A DNA stretch of 32,000 nt from Corynebacterium amycolatum. Its GTDB lineage: Bacteria; Actinomycetota; Actinomycetes; Mycobacteriales; Mycobacteriaceae. Of the stretch, positions 19,236 through 27,327 are shown one piece after another; the first letter of the stretch is position 1, and each line of letters begins with the position of its first letter. Where the stretch lies: assembly GCF_049243625.1 (NCBI RefSeq), contig NZ_CP046975.1; one strand, written 5' to 3'. The position numbers were made by a program, and so were the translations under genes. The notes beneath the pieces are model-generated. The model saw only the letters and a program-made list of their open reading frames with translations, was not told the origin of the DNA and did not search any database.

Positions 19236-19994
19236 ATGAGTTCATATTGGGATAACCCAAAGTCGCTGTGGGATCAGATTCCACAGCACAATGAGGAAGA
19301 TGTTTCCGAGCAGCAGCCTTCCACGCCGGAACAGCCTTCCGCGGCCGAACAGCCTGCCGCGGCTGCACAGCTTCCGCCACAGCAAGGGCGCTATCAGGGA
19401 TTGCTCTCGCACAACAGCATCGTTATCCAGCAGATTCGAAACTTCATGGCGGATGATTTCGACATCCTGGATACCGAGGGCAATTGCATCGGCAAGATTG
19501 AAACTACTGGTGGCACGCTGAGCCGCATGTTTATGGGCTCTCGTCGCCTGACAGTTTCCGAGCCAGACGGCACTCCGGTATTCGTTATTACCGATCCGAC
19601 CGATCTTGCCCTTGACCGTTACGAGGTCTACTACCCCGCCCCGCATGCGACAGCCCCTGAAGGCCAGCAGCAAGATGGAGCAGAGTCATCGCGCCTTTTG
19701 GCCACTATTCAGCAGAAGTTTGCGTTCTTTAAGCGGCGGCTGGAGATTTCCATCCCCGGTTTTGCCAATTGCGAGGTCGACGGCGACGTCTGGCATTACG
19801 ACGCCACTTTTATGATCAACGACGTCAGAGTCGCCCAGATGTCACGAAAGTGGTCGGGGTTTACAAATTTCCTATCCGGCAATGAGCGTTACATGCTCCA
19901 GCTCAAAGATGATTTGCCGCCACAATTGCGCGCGTCGATCATTGGTGCCGCCATTGCCCTGGATTTGATGGCGAAAAAGGCGCAATCCGACTAG
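19236..19994 (+). CDS. Phospholipid scramblase / LURP-one-related family protein with a Pro/Gln/Ala-rich N-terminal tail
   Basis: 252-aa ORF. The pattern IVIQQIRNFMADDFDILDTEGNCIGKIET...RRLTVSEPDGTPVFVITDP...VAQMSRKWSGF...ERYMLQL...IIGAAIALDL matches bacterial scramblase-family proteins. Confidence 0.65.
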   Translation: MSSYWDNPKSLWDQIPQHNEEDVSEQQPSTPEQPSAAEQPAAAAQLPPQQGRYQGLLSHNSIVIQQIRNFMADDFDILDTEGNCIGKIETTGGTLSRMFMGSRRLTVSEPDGTPVFVITDPTDLALDRYEVYYPAPHATAPEGQQQDGAESSRLLATIQQKFAFFKRRLEISIPGFANCEVDGDVWHYDATFMINDVRVAQMSRKWSGFTNFLSGNERYMLQLKDDLPPQLRASIIGAAIALDLMAKKAQSD

Positions 19995-20049
19995 CTGATT
20001 TCACTGTCGGCTCGCGCCTTTTATCAAGAGCTACTGCTCGCGACTATCT

Positions 20050-21165
20050 CTACCGCGATTCTGCAGCCTGAGCGATGCGTCCGTCGATTTCCGTGATGCC
20101 ATCAGAGACGGCATTGACGTGTTCGGGGCGAACATTAGCGTTGTCATTGATGCCGCCTTCCACAACGGCGGTTACCGGTACACATGGAACCTCAACATTA
20201 CGTCCGAGCGCATTCGCTACCAGTGCAATTGCCCGCGGTGAGAAAGTCAGCCCGATGTGACCCGATAGATCTGCAGAGCAGCCATCCTGCAGCAGAATGT
20301 TGTTGGAAGTCGGTGCGTTCCACTGGCTTGCAGCCATTGGCGTGACGGCTTCATCAACCTGAGTCGAGATTGCAACATAGTTGACACCCGGCTGCTCCAA
20401 GCCGCCCTCATTCATCTTGGCCATGAACTCGCTGTGCTGCAGCAGATCCACCAGGCTCGGGCTGACAATGACACCCGCAGCCTTGTCACCAGCATTGCCG
20501 AACTGGTTGAGTTCCTCCAAACCATAGGAGATACCGAGCAGCGATGTGCCGTGCAGCACGCCCGCCAGGGACACTACGGTGCCAATTCCCCGGCCCTGCT
20601 CCTGCTTGGCGTAAGCGGCAGCCAAGGTGCCACCTGCAGAGTGACCAACAATGTCAACTTCGGTCGCTCCGGTTTCCGCCTTGAGGGTTTCAATCTTCGC
20701 AGTCAGCTCTGCCAAAGCGGTATCCAACGGGGTCATGTTACGCATGGTTGGAATAGATCCCAGCACCGAAAACTCATCAGGGCCTAGCTTGCCGACGTTA
20801 AATGCGTACAGACACTTCCCCATTGCCTTTAGCTCCGGTGCCATGCGGGCATAGGTCTGGTAGGCGTTCGAGTTCATGCCGTGGATCATGACCACCGGAT
20901 TCTCACCAGGAGCAGGAACACACTGCACATTTGTCCCCTCGGGACTGATGTTTTCCGTCATCCCCTGGTTGACCATGACGGTGGGGAAATCATTTGCCTT
21001 TGGCCCCCAGTCACCCATTTCGGTCCAGGACAGGACCTGATCATTATCAGTTGCCGAAGCCGGTGCGGCAGCCGCGATGGGAGCCGCCGCCAGAGCGACA
21101 CCAGCTGCGGCTGCTAGGGCCGTGGCCGAACGCGCCAGTTTTGTGAATACTCCTTGAGTGCCCAT
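20050..21165 (-). CDS. Secreted alpha/beta-hydrolase lipase/esterase
   Basis: 371-aa ORF. The N-terminal signal peptide is KLARSATALAAAAGVALAAAPIAAAAPASA. The nucleophile elbow is VDIVGHSAGG (G-H-S-x-G), with an oxyanion-region VVMIHGM. Confidence 0.8.
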   Translation of the reverse strand: MGTQGVFTKLARSATALAAAAGVALAAAPIAAAAPASATDNDQVLSWTEMGDWGPKANDFPTVMVNQGMTENISPEGTNVQCVPAPGENPVVMIHGMNSNAYQTYARMAPELKAMGKCLYAFNVGKLGPDEFSVLGSIPTMRNMTPLDTALAELTAKIETLKAETGATEVDIVGHSAGGTLAAAYAKQEQGRGIGTVVSLAGVLHGTSLLGISYGLEELNQFGNAGDKAAGVIVSPSLVDLLQHSEFMAKMNEGGLEQPGVNYVAISTQVDEAVTPMAASQWNAPTSNNILLQDGCSADLSGHIGLTFSPRAIALVANALGRNVEVPCVPVTAVVEGGINDNANVRPEHVNAVSDGITEIDGRIAQAAESR

Positions 21166-21583
21166 GATTACTCCTTGCGTAGAACAGTGAACAGTAAAAC
21201 GCTTTCAATAAGAATTACGGCATGGGCAAGAGCCAGTAATTACAGGCTATGAATCGCAATCGTACTCTGAAAGGCGATCAATGAAAGCCTCTCAAAGGGG
21301 TGAATAAAAAGTAAACTAAATATAACTATAATGCTATTCACTTACAAGCCCGCAGGCTTTTAAAGTGATATCGACCACAGGCCAAAACAAGCCCTACTTT
21401 CTTTGCAATCCCACGGGATTGCTGCCGAAGCCCAAATCGCCGGTGAGATTAAACACCTGTTCCACAATCATGTCGGACCATCATCAATGCGGGGCCTTAC
21501 ACCTCCAGCGAGGAAACCACGTCACTGATAGCAGAACTCAATGAAAACACCTTTTCACCTGCCCGTACAGTAAGGTATTTCAC

Positions 21584-22090
21584 ATGCACAAACGACACGT
21601 TTTCGCCCTCGCACTGACTATTCCAGCACTGTGCCTTTCGGCTTGCTCCAACGGAGAACCAGAAAAAGCACCGGAACCGACTACCGTTACAAAAACTGTC
21701 ACCAGCCCAGAAAGCAGCACAGAATCGACGACGCAATCCACCACCAAGACCCCTAACCCGTCAACACCCCCGGCCCGGACGACAGAAAGCTCGAGACCTA
21801 CCGGTTACACCGGCGCACCCAACGGCGAGCCGACAGCTATAAACAAAACGATTTCGCATTGCGCGAAATCCTCGCAGGGACTCTACGAGCAGGGCACCGC
21901 CTGGTTTACCGACGGCACCTCCGGCTGGACGCAATATTGCGCCAACAATTTCTATGATGGCCCTTCCGCAAACACTGCCCCAGAACCTCAGAACACCGAG
22001 CCGTCCCCGTGGGTTCAAGGCCAAATCGACTGGGCCGATTGCCTGAACTCTGGCCATTCTGAGGAAGAGTGTCGCGCGATGTTGAATTAA
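21584..22090 (+). CDS. Lipoprotein of unknown function (Thr/Pro-rich linker, 4-Cys C-terminal domain)
   Basis: 168-aa ORF. The signal peptide ends in the lipobox LSAC (MHKRHVFALALTIPALCLSAC). The region after the lipobox Cys is low-complexity and T/P/S-rich. Confidence 0.7.
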   Translation: MHKRHVFALALTIPALCLSACSNGEPEKAPEPTTVTKTVTSPESSTESTTQSTTKTPNPSTPPARTTESSRPTGYTGAPNGEPTAINKTISHCAKSSQGLYEQGTAWFTDGTSGWTQYCANNFYDGPSANTAPEPQNTEPSPWVQGQIDWADCLNSGHSEEECRAMLN

Positions 22091-22268
22091 GAAGCCGCTG
22101 CCACCTTCAACGAGAAACATTCGCAGCGACAGATTCACCAATTCAATTCATAGCCACCACCGCCCCAAAAATCCTCACATTTTTCTACCGCACGCCCTCC
22201 CCAGCCTGCAGCGAGATCGGTGACGCGTTGCCCCCGCGCCGTCGTCACCGAGAAGTTCGCCTTACTCG

Positions 22269-23209
22269 CTAACTCTCCAAACGCTCCAGAACCAGCGCAG
22301 CGACTTCATCAATTTTCTCTGCATAGCCAGTGCGCTGGTTCAGCTGAGTTCCCCGCACGCCATCGGTTGCTTGCAGGTCTGCAATTGGTGAATGGCTGTC
22401 CTGAGCAGTCGCCGGCATCGAGTACATATGCGGCACATGCCCAATCAGGTACTGGTCACACGAATGCCCGAGGCTATCGCCGATCCGCTTTGCTTCGTCG
22501 TCAAACTTGCCGCGGAATCGTTCAAACGCTCCGACAAGCTGCTCTTTACCATTTGAGCACCTTTTCACGTATTCCAGCGTTGTGTAGCCAAGGTACTGAA
22601 GCCCACGCCCGTCGTGCCCGAGCAACCGAAGCTTTCGAGTTTTCTTCGAAATATCTGGCGAGTAGTTCCTCCACTGGGCAAGATTCCCCTCGGAAATTTC
22701 TCTGTCCTCAGTCACCCACTCGTTGAACCACTTGGCGAGGTTTCCAAAGACATGGAAGCTAAACAGGTCGGTTGACGTCGGAGTAACGAAGGGTTCGCAG
22801 CCCAGAAGTACGGTGCGATTGAAAGGGCCTAACGACGGTCCCACGTCGTAGAAGATGTAGTCGTACCGATCTTCATCCTCCATAGCCACAGCCAACTGCC
22901 CGGCCCAGTGGATTCGACGAAAGTCGCCGGTCTTCTTGGCTAGCGATGACTGCCATGCGTCACTCATGACATCTTCATGTTGGAAAGTGCCGGGTGCCCT
23001 GGCAGGACATCGACACCAAACCGCTCCGAGCGCACCGGCCGGATGTCGGGCTCGATATCGGTCTCGCCCTCCCGTAGCGAGATAAACAGCGAATAGACGG
23101 TTTTAGCCAACGAATCTCGCTCGGCCGGCTCATCATTCTTGCTGCTCAGGTAGATCTCCTCATGCTGCTGTTCAATCAGCATGAGTTGTGTGGCCCTCCT
23201 GCCGACAGG
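22269..23209 (-). pseudogene. ParA/MinD-like ATPase remnant: the 5' end with Walker A is missing and the body is split over two frames
   Basis: There are two fragments. The 72-aa ORF at 22964-23182 contains FGVDVLPGHPALS. The 232-aa ORF at 22269-22967 contains YDYIFYDVGPSLGPFNRTVLLGCEPFVTPTSTDLFS, the ParA Walker B / switch region. They meet at an ATGA junction in different frames. The open frame upstream of 23182 reads only PVGRRATQL before an in-frame stop at 23210-23212, 20 nt from the mrr stop codon. No KGGxGKT is encoded. Confidence 0.6.
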
Positions 23210-23231
23210 TCACACTCGGCTGTGAGATGCC

Positions 23232-24252
23232 CTACTGATCCTCTTCGAAGAAATCTTCATCCAGTTCATAAGGAGTAATCTCGTGTGCTTTTTGGACCGC
23301 GACGCCATAGTCGAGCATGAGCGCGGATAGTTTCACGCCATCAATCAGAACGATTGTTCCGTGCCTATAGTTCGCTGCGGCTTCTACAGCGCCAGAAGTA
23401 AAACGAGACGTAGTAATAAATACGCCCTTATTCGCACCTCGGGAATCTAGAGCGCCAATAAAGTTCCTAATCTCCCAATTGGCGACAGAATTCGAGTCAG
23501 CATAGCGTTTGGCCTGTACATAGACCTTCCCAAGGCCCAAGGCATCTTCACGAATTACTCCATCGACGCCGCCATCATTCGACCGTCCCAGATGCTGCTT
23601 CTGGCCGTGGACACCGCCGTATCCCATCGTCCACAGCAGTTCAATAACTGCACGTTCAAAGAACTCCGGAGTAGAGTCCTGCAGGCGCTGCCGCAAATCA
23701 GTTGAAACCTTCGCGTTCCAATCAGCTTGCGCATCCTCCACCATCTCTAATGGCGATTTTTCCGGACTACTCGGAACCTCACCCCCATGCAGCTAAAGTT
23801 CTTCCGCTACGCTCACCCGAGGATGCCAGTAGATTAGCCGCTGCATTGCCGGAGCTCTTACGCTCCCGAATCTCATCTTGGTATTGCCGCCACTTGGGCC
23901 ACTCCAGCATGTCCTTTTCGGAGTACTCCGCAAGGTTTCTTGAATCAACCTCGCGTCCGTCGTCCGAAATCACGTATCGTCCGCGCTTAGGTCGAAACAC
24001 CAAACCAGCCTGAGCAAATGAGGAACAAGCCCATGCAATTCGATTTCTATAGCGTGGCTGCCCAGACGGAACTGTCTCCGCTAAAACATCAGGAGAAAGC
24101 CCCATGTATCTGACTACTTCGTCGCCTAGTTCACTAATTCGACGCTCTCGCCCGTCAGTTAATACTCGCAGTACTGCAGGACGGAACTGATCGATTATCG
24201 GAGTGTTGTCGGAATCCATAAGAAAACTATATCCACCTAGCGGCCCTGCCAT
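23232..24252 (-). pseudogene. mrr: Mrr-type (type IV, modification-dependent) restriction endonuclease, frameshifted
   Basis: The N-terminal wHTH Mrr_N part is the 157-aa ORF at 23779-24252 (PIIDQFRPAVLRVL...PSGQPRYRNRIAWACSSFAQAGLV...RGRYVISDDG). The catalytic Mrr_cat part is the 170-aa ORF at 23232-23744 (FERAVIELLWTMGYG...SNDGGVDGVI...KVYVQAKRY...KGVFITTSRFT...LIDG). The catalytic frame stays open upstream to 23792. The two frames meet at the CCCCC run at 23782-23786. Removing one G/C gives a continuous ...LAAWGEVPSSPEKSPLEMVEDAQ... protein. Confidence 0.78.
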
Positions 24253-24294
24253 ATAGGTGTCCCCTTTCGATTCCTAAAGCTTTGTAACGGTAGA

Positions 24295-27200
24295 TTGAAC
24301 TCCATGACCGCAACTTCTGAAGCCCCGTCGCACGGGACCACTCCTGATGCTTTCGATCAGCTTTCTCCTGGCGTCACCATTAAGGTTCGTGACGAGTACT
24401 GGCTTGTAACCCACGTCACCAGGTCGAGTGACGGCTTCAAAGTTAAAGCGCGCGGCATTTCTGACTATGTGCGCGATACCACGGCTACCTTTTACACAGC
24501 GCTTGATTGCGACCTCGAAGTTTTCGATCCAGCAAAGATAACGGTTACTGCGGACAACTCCGCTGGCTTCCGTAAGTCTCGCCTCTGGCTTGAGTCCACA
24601 ATCCGTCAGACGCCTGTGCCGCTGTACCAGAACAACCTTGAGGTCTCCACGCGCATGTTGGCCGACCCGCTTGACTATCAGCTCAACGCAGTCCGCAAGG
24701 CGCTCAGCCCTGAGCACATTCGTCCGCGCATTTTGCTTGCCGACGCCGTCGGGCTTGGCAAGACTCTTGAAATCGGCATGATTGTTGCCGAGCTCATTCG
24801 CCGTGGCCGCGGAGAACGCATTCTGGTTGTTACTCCTAAGCATGTGCTTGAACAATTCCAGCAGGAAATGTGGACTCGTTTTGCGATTCCGCTCGTTCGC
24901 CTCGATTCCCAGGGCATTCAAAAGGTTCGCCAGAAGCTACCTGCTTCTAAAAACCCTTTTTCTTACTTTCCTCGCGTCATTGTCTCGATGGACACTCTGA
25001 AGTCTGCAAAGTATAAGGCGCAGTTGGAAAAGGTGAATTGGGGCATTGTCGTCATCGACGAGATTCACAATGCCACCAATTCGGGAACCCAGAATAATGA
25101 CCTCGCGCGAACGCTCGCTCCGCGCACTGAGGCACTCATCCTGGCATCGGCGACCCCTCACAATGGCAATCCGGAATCTTTCAAGGAAATCCTCAAACTG
25201 CTGGACCCGCTTGCGGTACGGCCTGATGGTTCCATTGATATGGAGTTGGCGAAGAAACTCATTATCCGCCGCCACCGAAACTCACCTGAGGTCAAGTCCG
25301 TGGTCGGCGCTAAGTGGGCGCCCCGCGAAGAACCTCTCAATATTCCGGTCGAAGCCTCAGCTGAGGAAAACGCTGTAGCTAACGAGCTTCGGGATTCATG
25401 GATTTCAACCACTGATTCGGCTGATAATTCGCGTTCTCATCTTTTTGCATGGACTTTGGTGAAGGCATTCTTGTCGTCGCCAGCTGCGCTCGAAGCATCT
25501 ATTAAGAATCGTTTGCGCACGATTGAAACTCAGTACGGCACAACCAACAATCAAGAACAGCTAGCCTTACAGCGACTCCTTGAGCTCAACTCCCATGTCA
25601 CCTCAGAGGCTTCGAACAAGTATGCCTCATTAGTCAATTATTTGATCGAAACGGTGGGAATCAGCAAGCGCTCCAAGAACCGGGTAGTCATCTTTTCCGA
25701 GCGCGTATCGACGCTGGGCTGGCTGCAGGAAAACCTGATTCGGGATTTAAAGCTCTCCCCTGCCGCGGTCAAAACAATGCACGGCCAAATGTCTGACATC
25801 GAGCAGATGGAGCTTATCGACGAATTCAAACGTACGGATACGAAGCTAAGAGTCCTCATTACCGGCGATGTGGCATCTGAAGGCGTTAATTTACATGCGC
25901 AGTGCCACGACCTCGTTCATTACGATATTCCGTGGTCTCTGATCAGAATTCAGCAGCGCAATGGCCGCATTGACCGATACGGGCAGGAGAACAATCCGCG
26001 TATTGCAGCTCTACTTCTGGATCCTGCTGATGCAGATGCCGTCGGTGAAATTCACGTTCTCACCAAATTGATTGAACGCGAATATGAGGCAAACCAGTTA
26101 CTGGGTGACGCTTCTTCTTTGATGGGACAGCATTCCGCCAAACGTGAAGAAGACGAAATTCGCGATGTCCTTCGCGGCGCTCGCGACTTTGACTCCACTG
26201 TCAAAACTGCACAGCAGATACTCGGTTCCGCTGGTGCGGCCACAAGCGACACCCCCACTCCTGGTTCTGGTAAGCACGCTTCTTCGGCCCCCGCCTCATC
26301 GCCTGAAAAAATGGTTGACGACGAAGAGGATATTGAAGTCCTCCTAGCCAGTTTGTTGGCAAGCCCATCCGCTTCCTCCCCAGATACTTCTTCCGAAGCA
26401 CAGCAGGCATCATCGGAACCTGGCTCGTTCAGCTTGTACCAATCGGAGAAGGACTATCTTGTCGATGCTCTCGCTGAGGCCTTCAATGAGGTTCCGGAGC
26501 AACGTTCCGCTGCCGGAGGCGTGGACTTAACAATTCAAGAAGGCGATATTCTCGAGCTCACACCACCGAGAGATTTACAGCGCCGTTTCGATTACCTCCC
26601 TCAAGATTATGTCTCATATCGGAAGGTCAAAGATCGACTCATGCTCGCTACTTCGCTGCACCGGGGTAACTCTCAGCTGCGAATGGCTCGCGAAGGAAAG
26701 TCGGAGAAGTCCTGGCCAAAGGCTCACTTCCTCGGCCCGCTACACCCAGTAACGGACTGGGCTGTCGACCGTGCGCTGAGTTCCATGGAGCGTTCTCAAA
26801 TACCCGCATTTGCTGGAGCAGTCGATGAGCTGACGATTCTTTTCATGTCGACTCTCACCAACTCACGTGGCCAAGTAATCACGCGTGCTTTCATTGTCGC
26901 GCAGCCTGGCCCATTCGGTTTGGATGCACCTGAGGGAATGCCCCGTGCTATTTGTCGCACTATCTCGGATCCAATTGGTTGGTTGAGGTCCACGGGACTT
27001 GCGGGTGATGCAATTTCTACCGGTACGTTGACCGTGCCTGCGGACGCTGAAGTGCTAGTTCGGGAGGGACTCCGTGAGGCACGATCTCTCACGGATATCT
27101 CAAAGCAAGCTGCGACCGAAGACGCTAATAATCGTACTAATGCTTGGTCCGAATTGGCCGCCAATTGGGAAGCTGATGCGGAGGACCTCCCCGGCACTAT

Positions 27201-27318
27201 GAGCCTTGTCAGGTCTCAACTGTTCGTTAACCAGGAGCGAGAGCTACTGACTGCGTCTATTCCTGAGCGAACGCTGATTCGTCCGCTCGCCGTCATCATC
27301 CCGTCTGCAGAAAAGTAG
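24295..27318 (+). CDS. SNF2-family (SF2) helicase/translocase with a roughly 370-aa C-terminal extension; candidate DISARM DrmD-like protein
   Basis: 1007-aa ORF with a TTG start at 24295 or an ATG at 24304. Motif I is LLADAVGLGKT (GLGKT at 24751-24765). Motif II is VVIDEIH (DEIH at 25057-25068). Motif III is LILASATPHNG. Motif V is ITGDVASEGVNLH. Motif VI is QQRNGRIDRYGQ (25951-25986). The stop codon overlaps the SD of the next gene. Confidence 0.9.
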   Translation: MNSMTATSEAPSHGTTPDAFDQLSPGVTIKVRDEYWLVTHVTRSSDGFKVKARGISDYVRDTTATFYTALDCDLEVFDPAKITVTADNSAGFRKSRLWLESTIRQTPVPLYQNNLEVSTRMLADPLDYQLNAVRKALSPEHIRPRILLADAVGLGKTLEIGMIVAELIRRGRGERILVVTPKHVLEQFQQEMWTRFAIPLVRLDSQGIQKVRQKLPASKNPFSYFPRVIVSMDTLKSAKYKAQLEKVNWGIVVIDEIHNATNSGTQNNDLARTLAPRTEALILASATPHNGNPESFKEILKLLDPLAVRPDGSIDMELAKKLIIRRHRNSPEVKSVVGAKWAPREEPLNIPVEASAEENAVANELRDSWISTTDSADNSRSHLFAWTLVKAFLSSPAALEASIKNRLRTIETQYGTTNNQEQLALQRLLELNSHVTSEASNKYASLVNYLIETVGISKRSKNRVVIFSERVSTLGWLQENLIRDLKLSPAAVKTMHGQMSDIEQMELIDEFKRTDTKLRVLITGDVASEGVNLHAQCHDLVHYDIPWSLIRIQQRNGRIDRYGQENNPRIAALLLDPADADAVGEIHVLTKLIEREYEANQLLGDASSLMGQHSAKREEDEIRDVLRGARDFDSTVKTAQQILGSAGAATSDTPTPGSGKHASSAPASSPEKMVDDEEDIEVLLASLLASPSASSPDTSSEAQQASSEPGSFSLYQSEKDYLVDALAEAFNEVPEQRSAAGGVDLTIQEGDILELTPPRDLQRRFDYLPQDYVSYRKVKDRLMLATSLHRGNSQLRMAREGKSEKSWPKAHFLGPLHPVTDWAVDRALSSMERSQIPAFAGAVDELTILFMSTLTNSRGQVITRAFIVAQPGPFGLDAPEGMPRAICRTISDPIGWLRSTGLAGDAISTGTLTVPADAEVLVREGLREARSLTDISKQAATEDANNRTNAWSELAANWEADAEDLPGTMSLVRSQLFVNQERELLTASIPERTLIRPLAVIIPSAEK

Positions 27319-27327
27319 GAGCATCTC

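Noticed and set aside
23782-23786. The C5/G5 homopolymer in mrr as a phase-variation switch.
   Set aside because: Five bases is well below the tract lengths usually associated with programmed slipped-strand phase variation. A one-off mutation or an assembly error is more plausible.
24274-24921. 215-aa minus-strand ORF overlapping the 5' end of the SNF2 helicase gene.
   Set aside because: It is fully antisense to the helicase region encoding motif I. It has no recognisable domain or ribosome-binding site and is probably a chance ORF.
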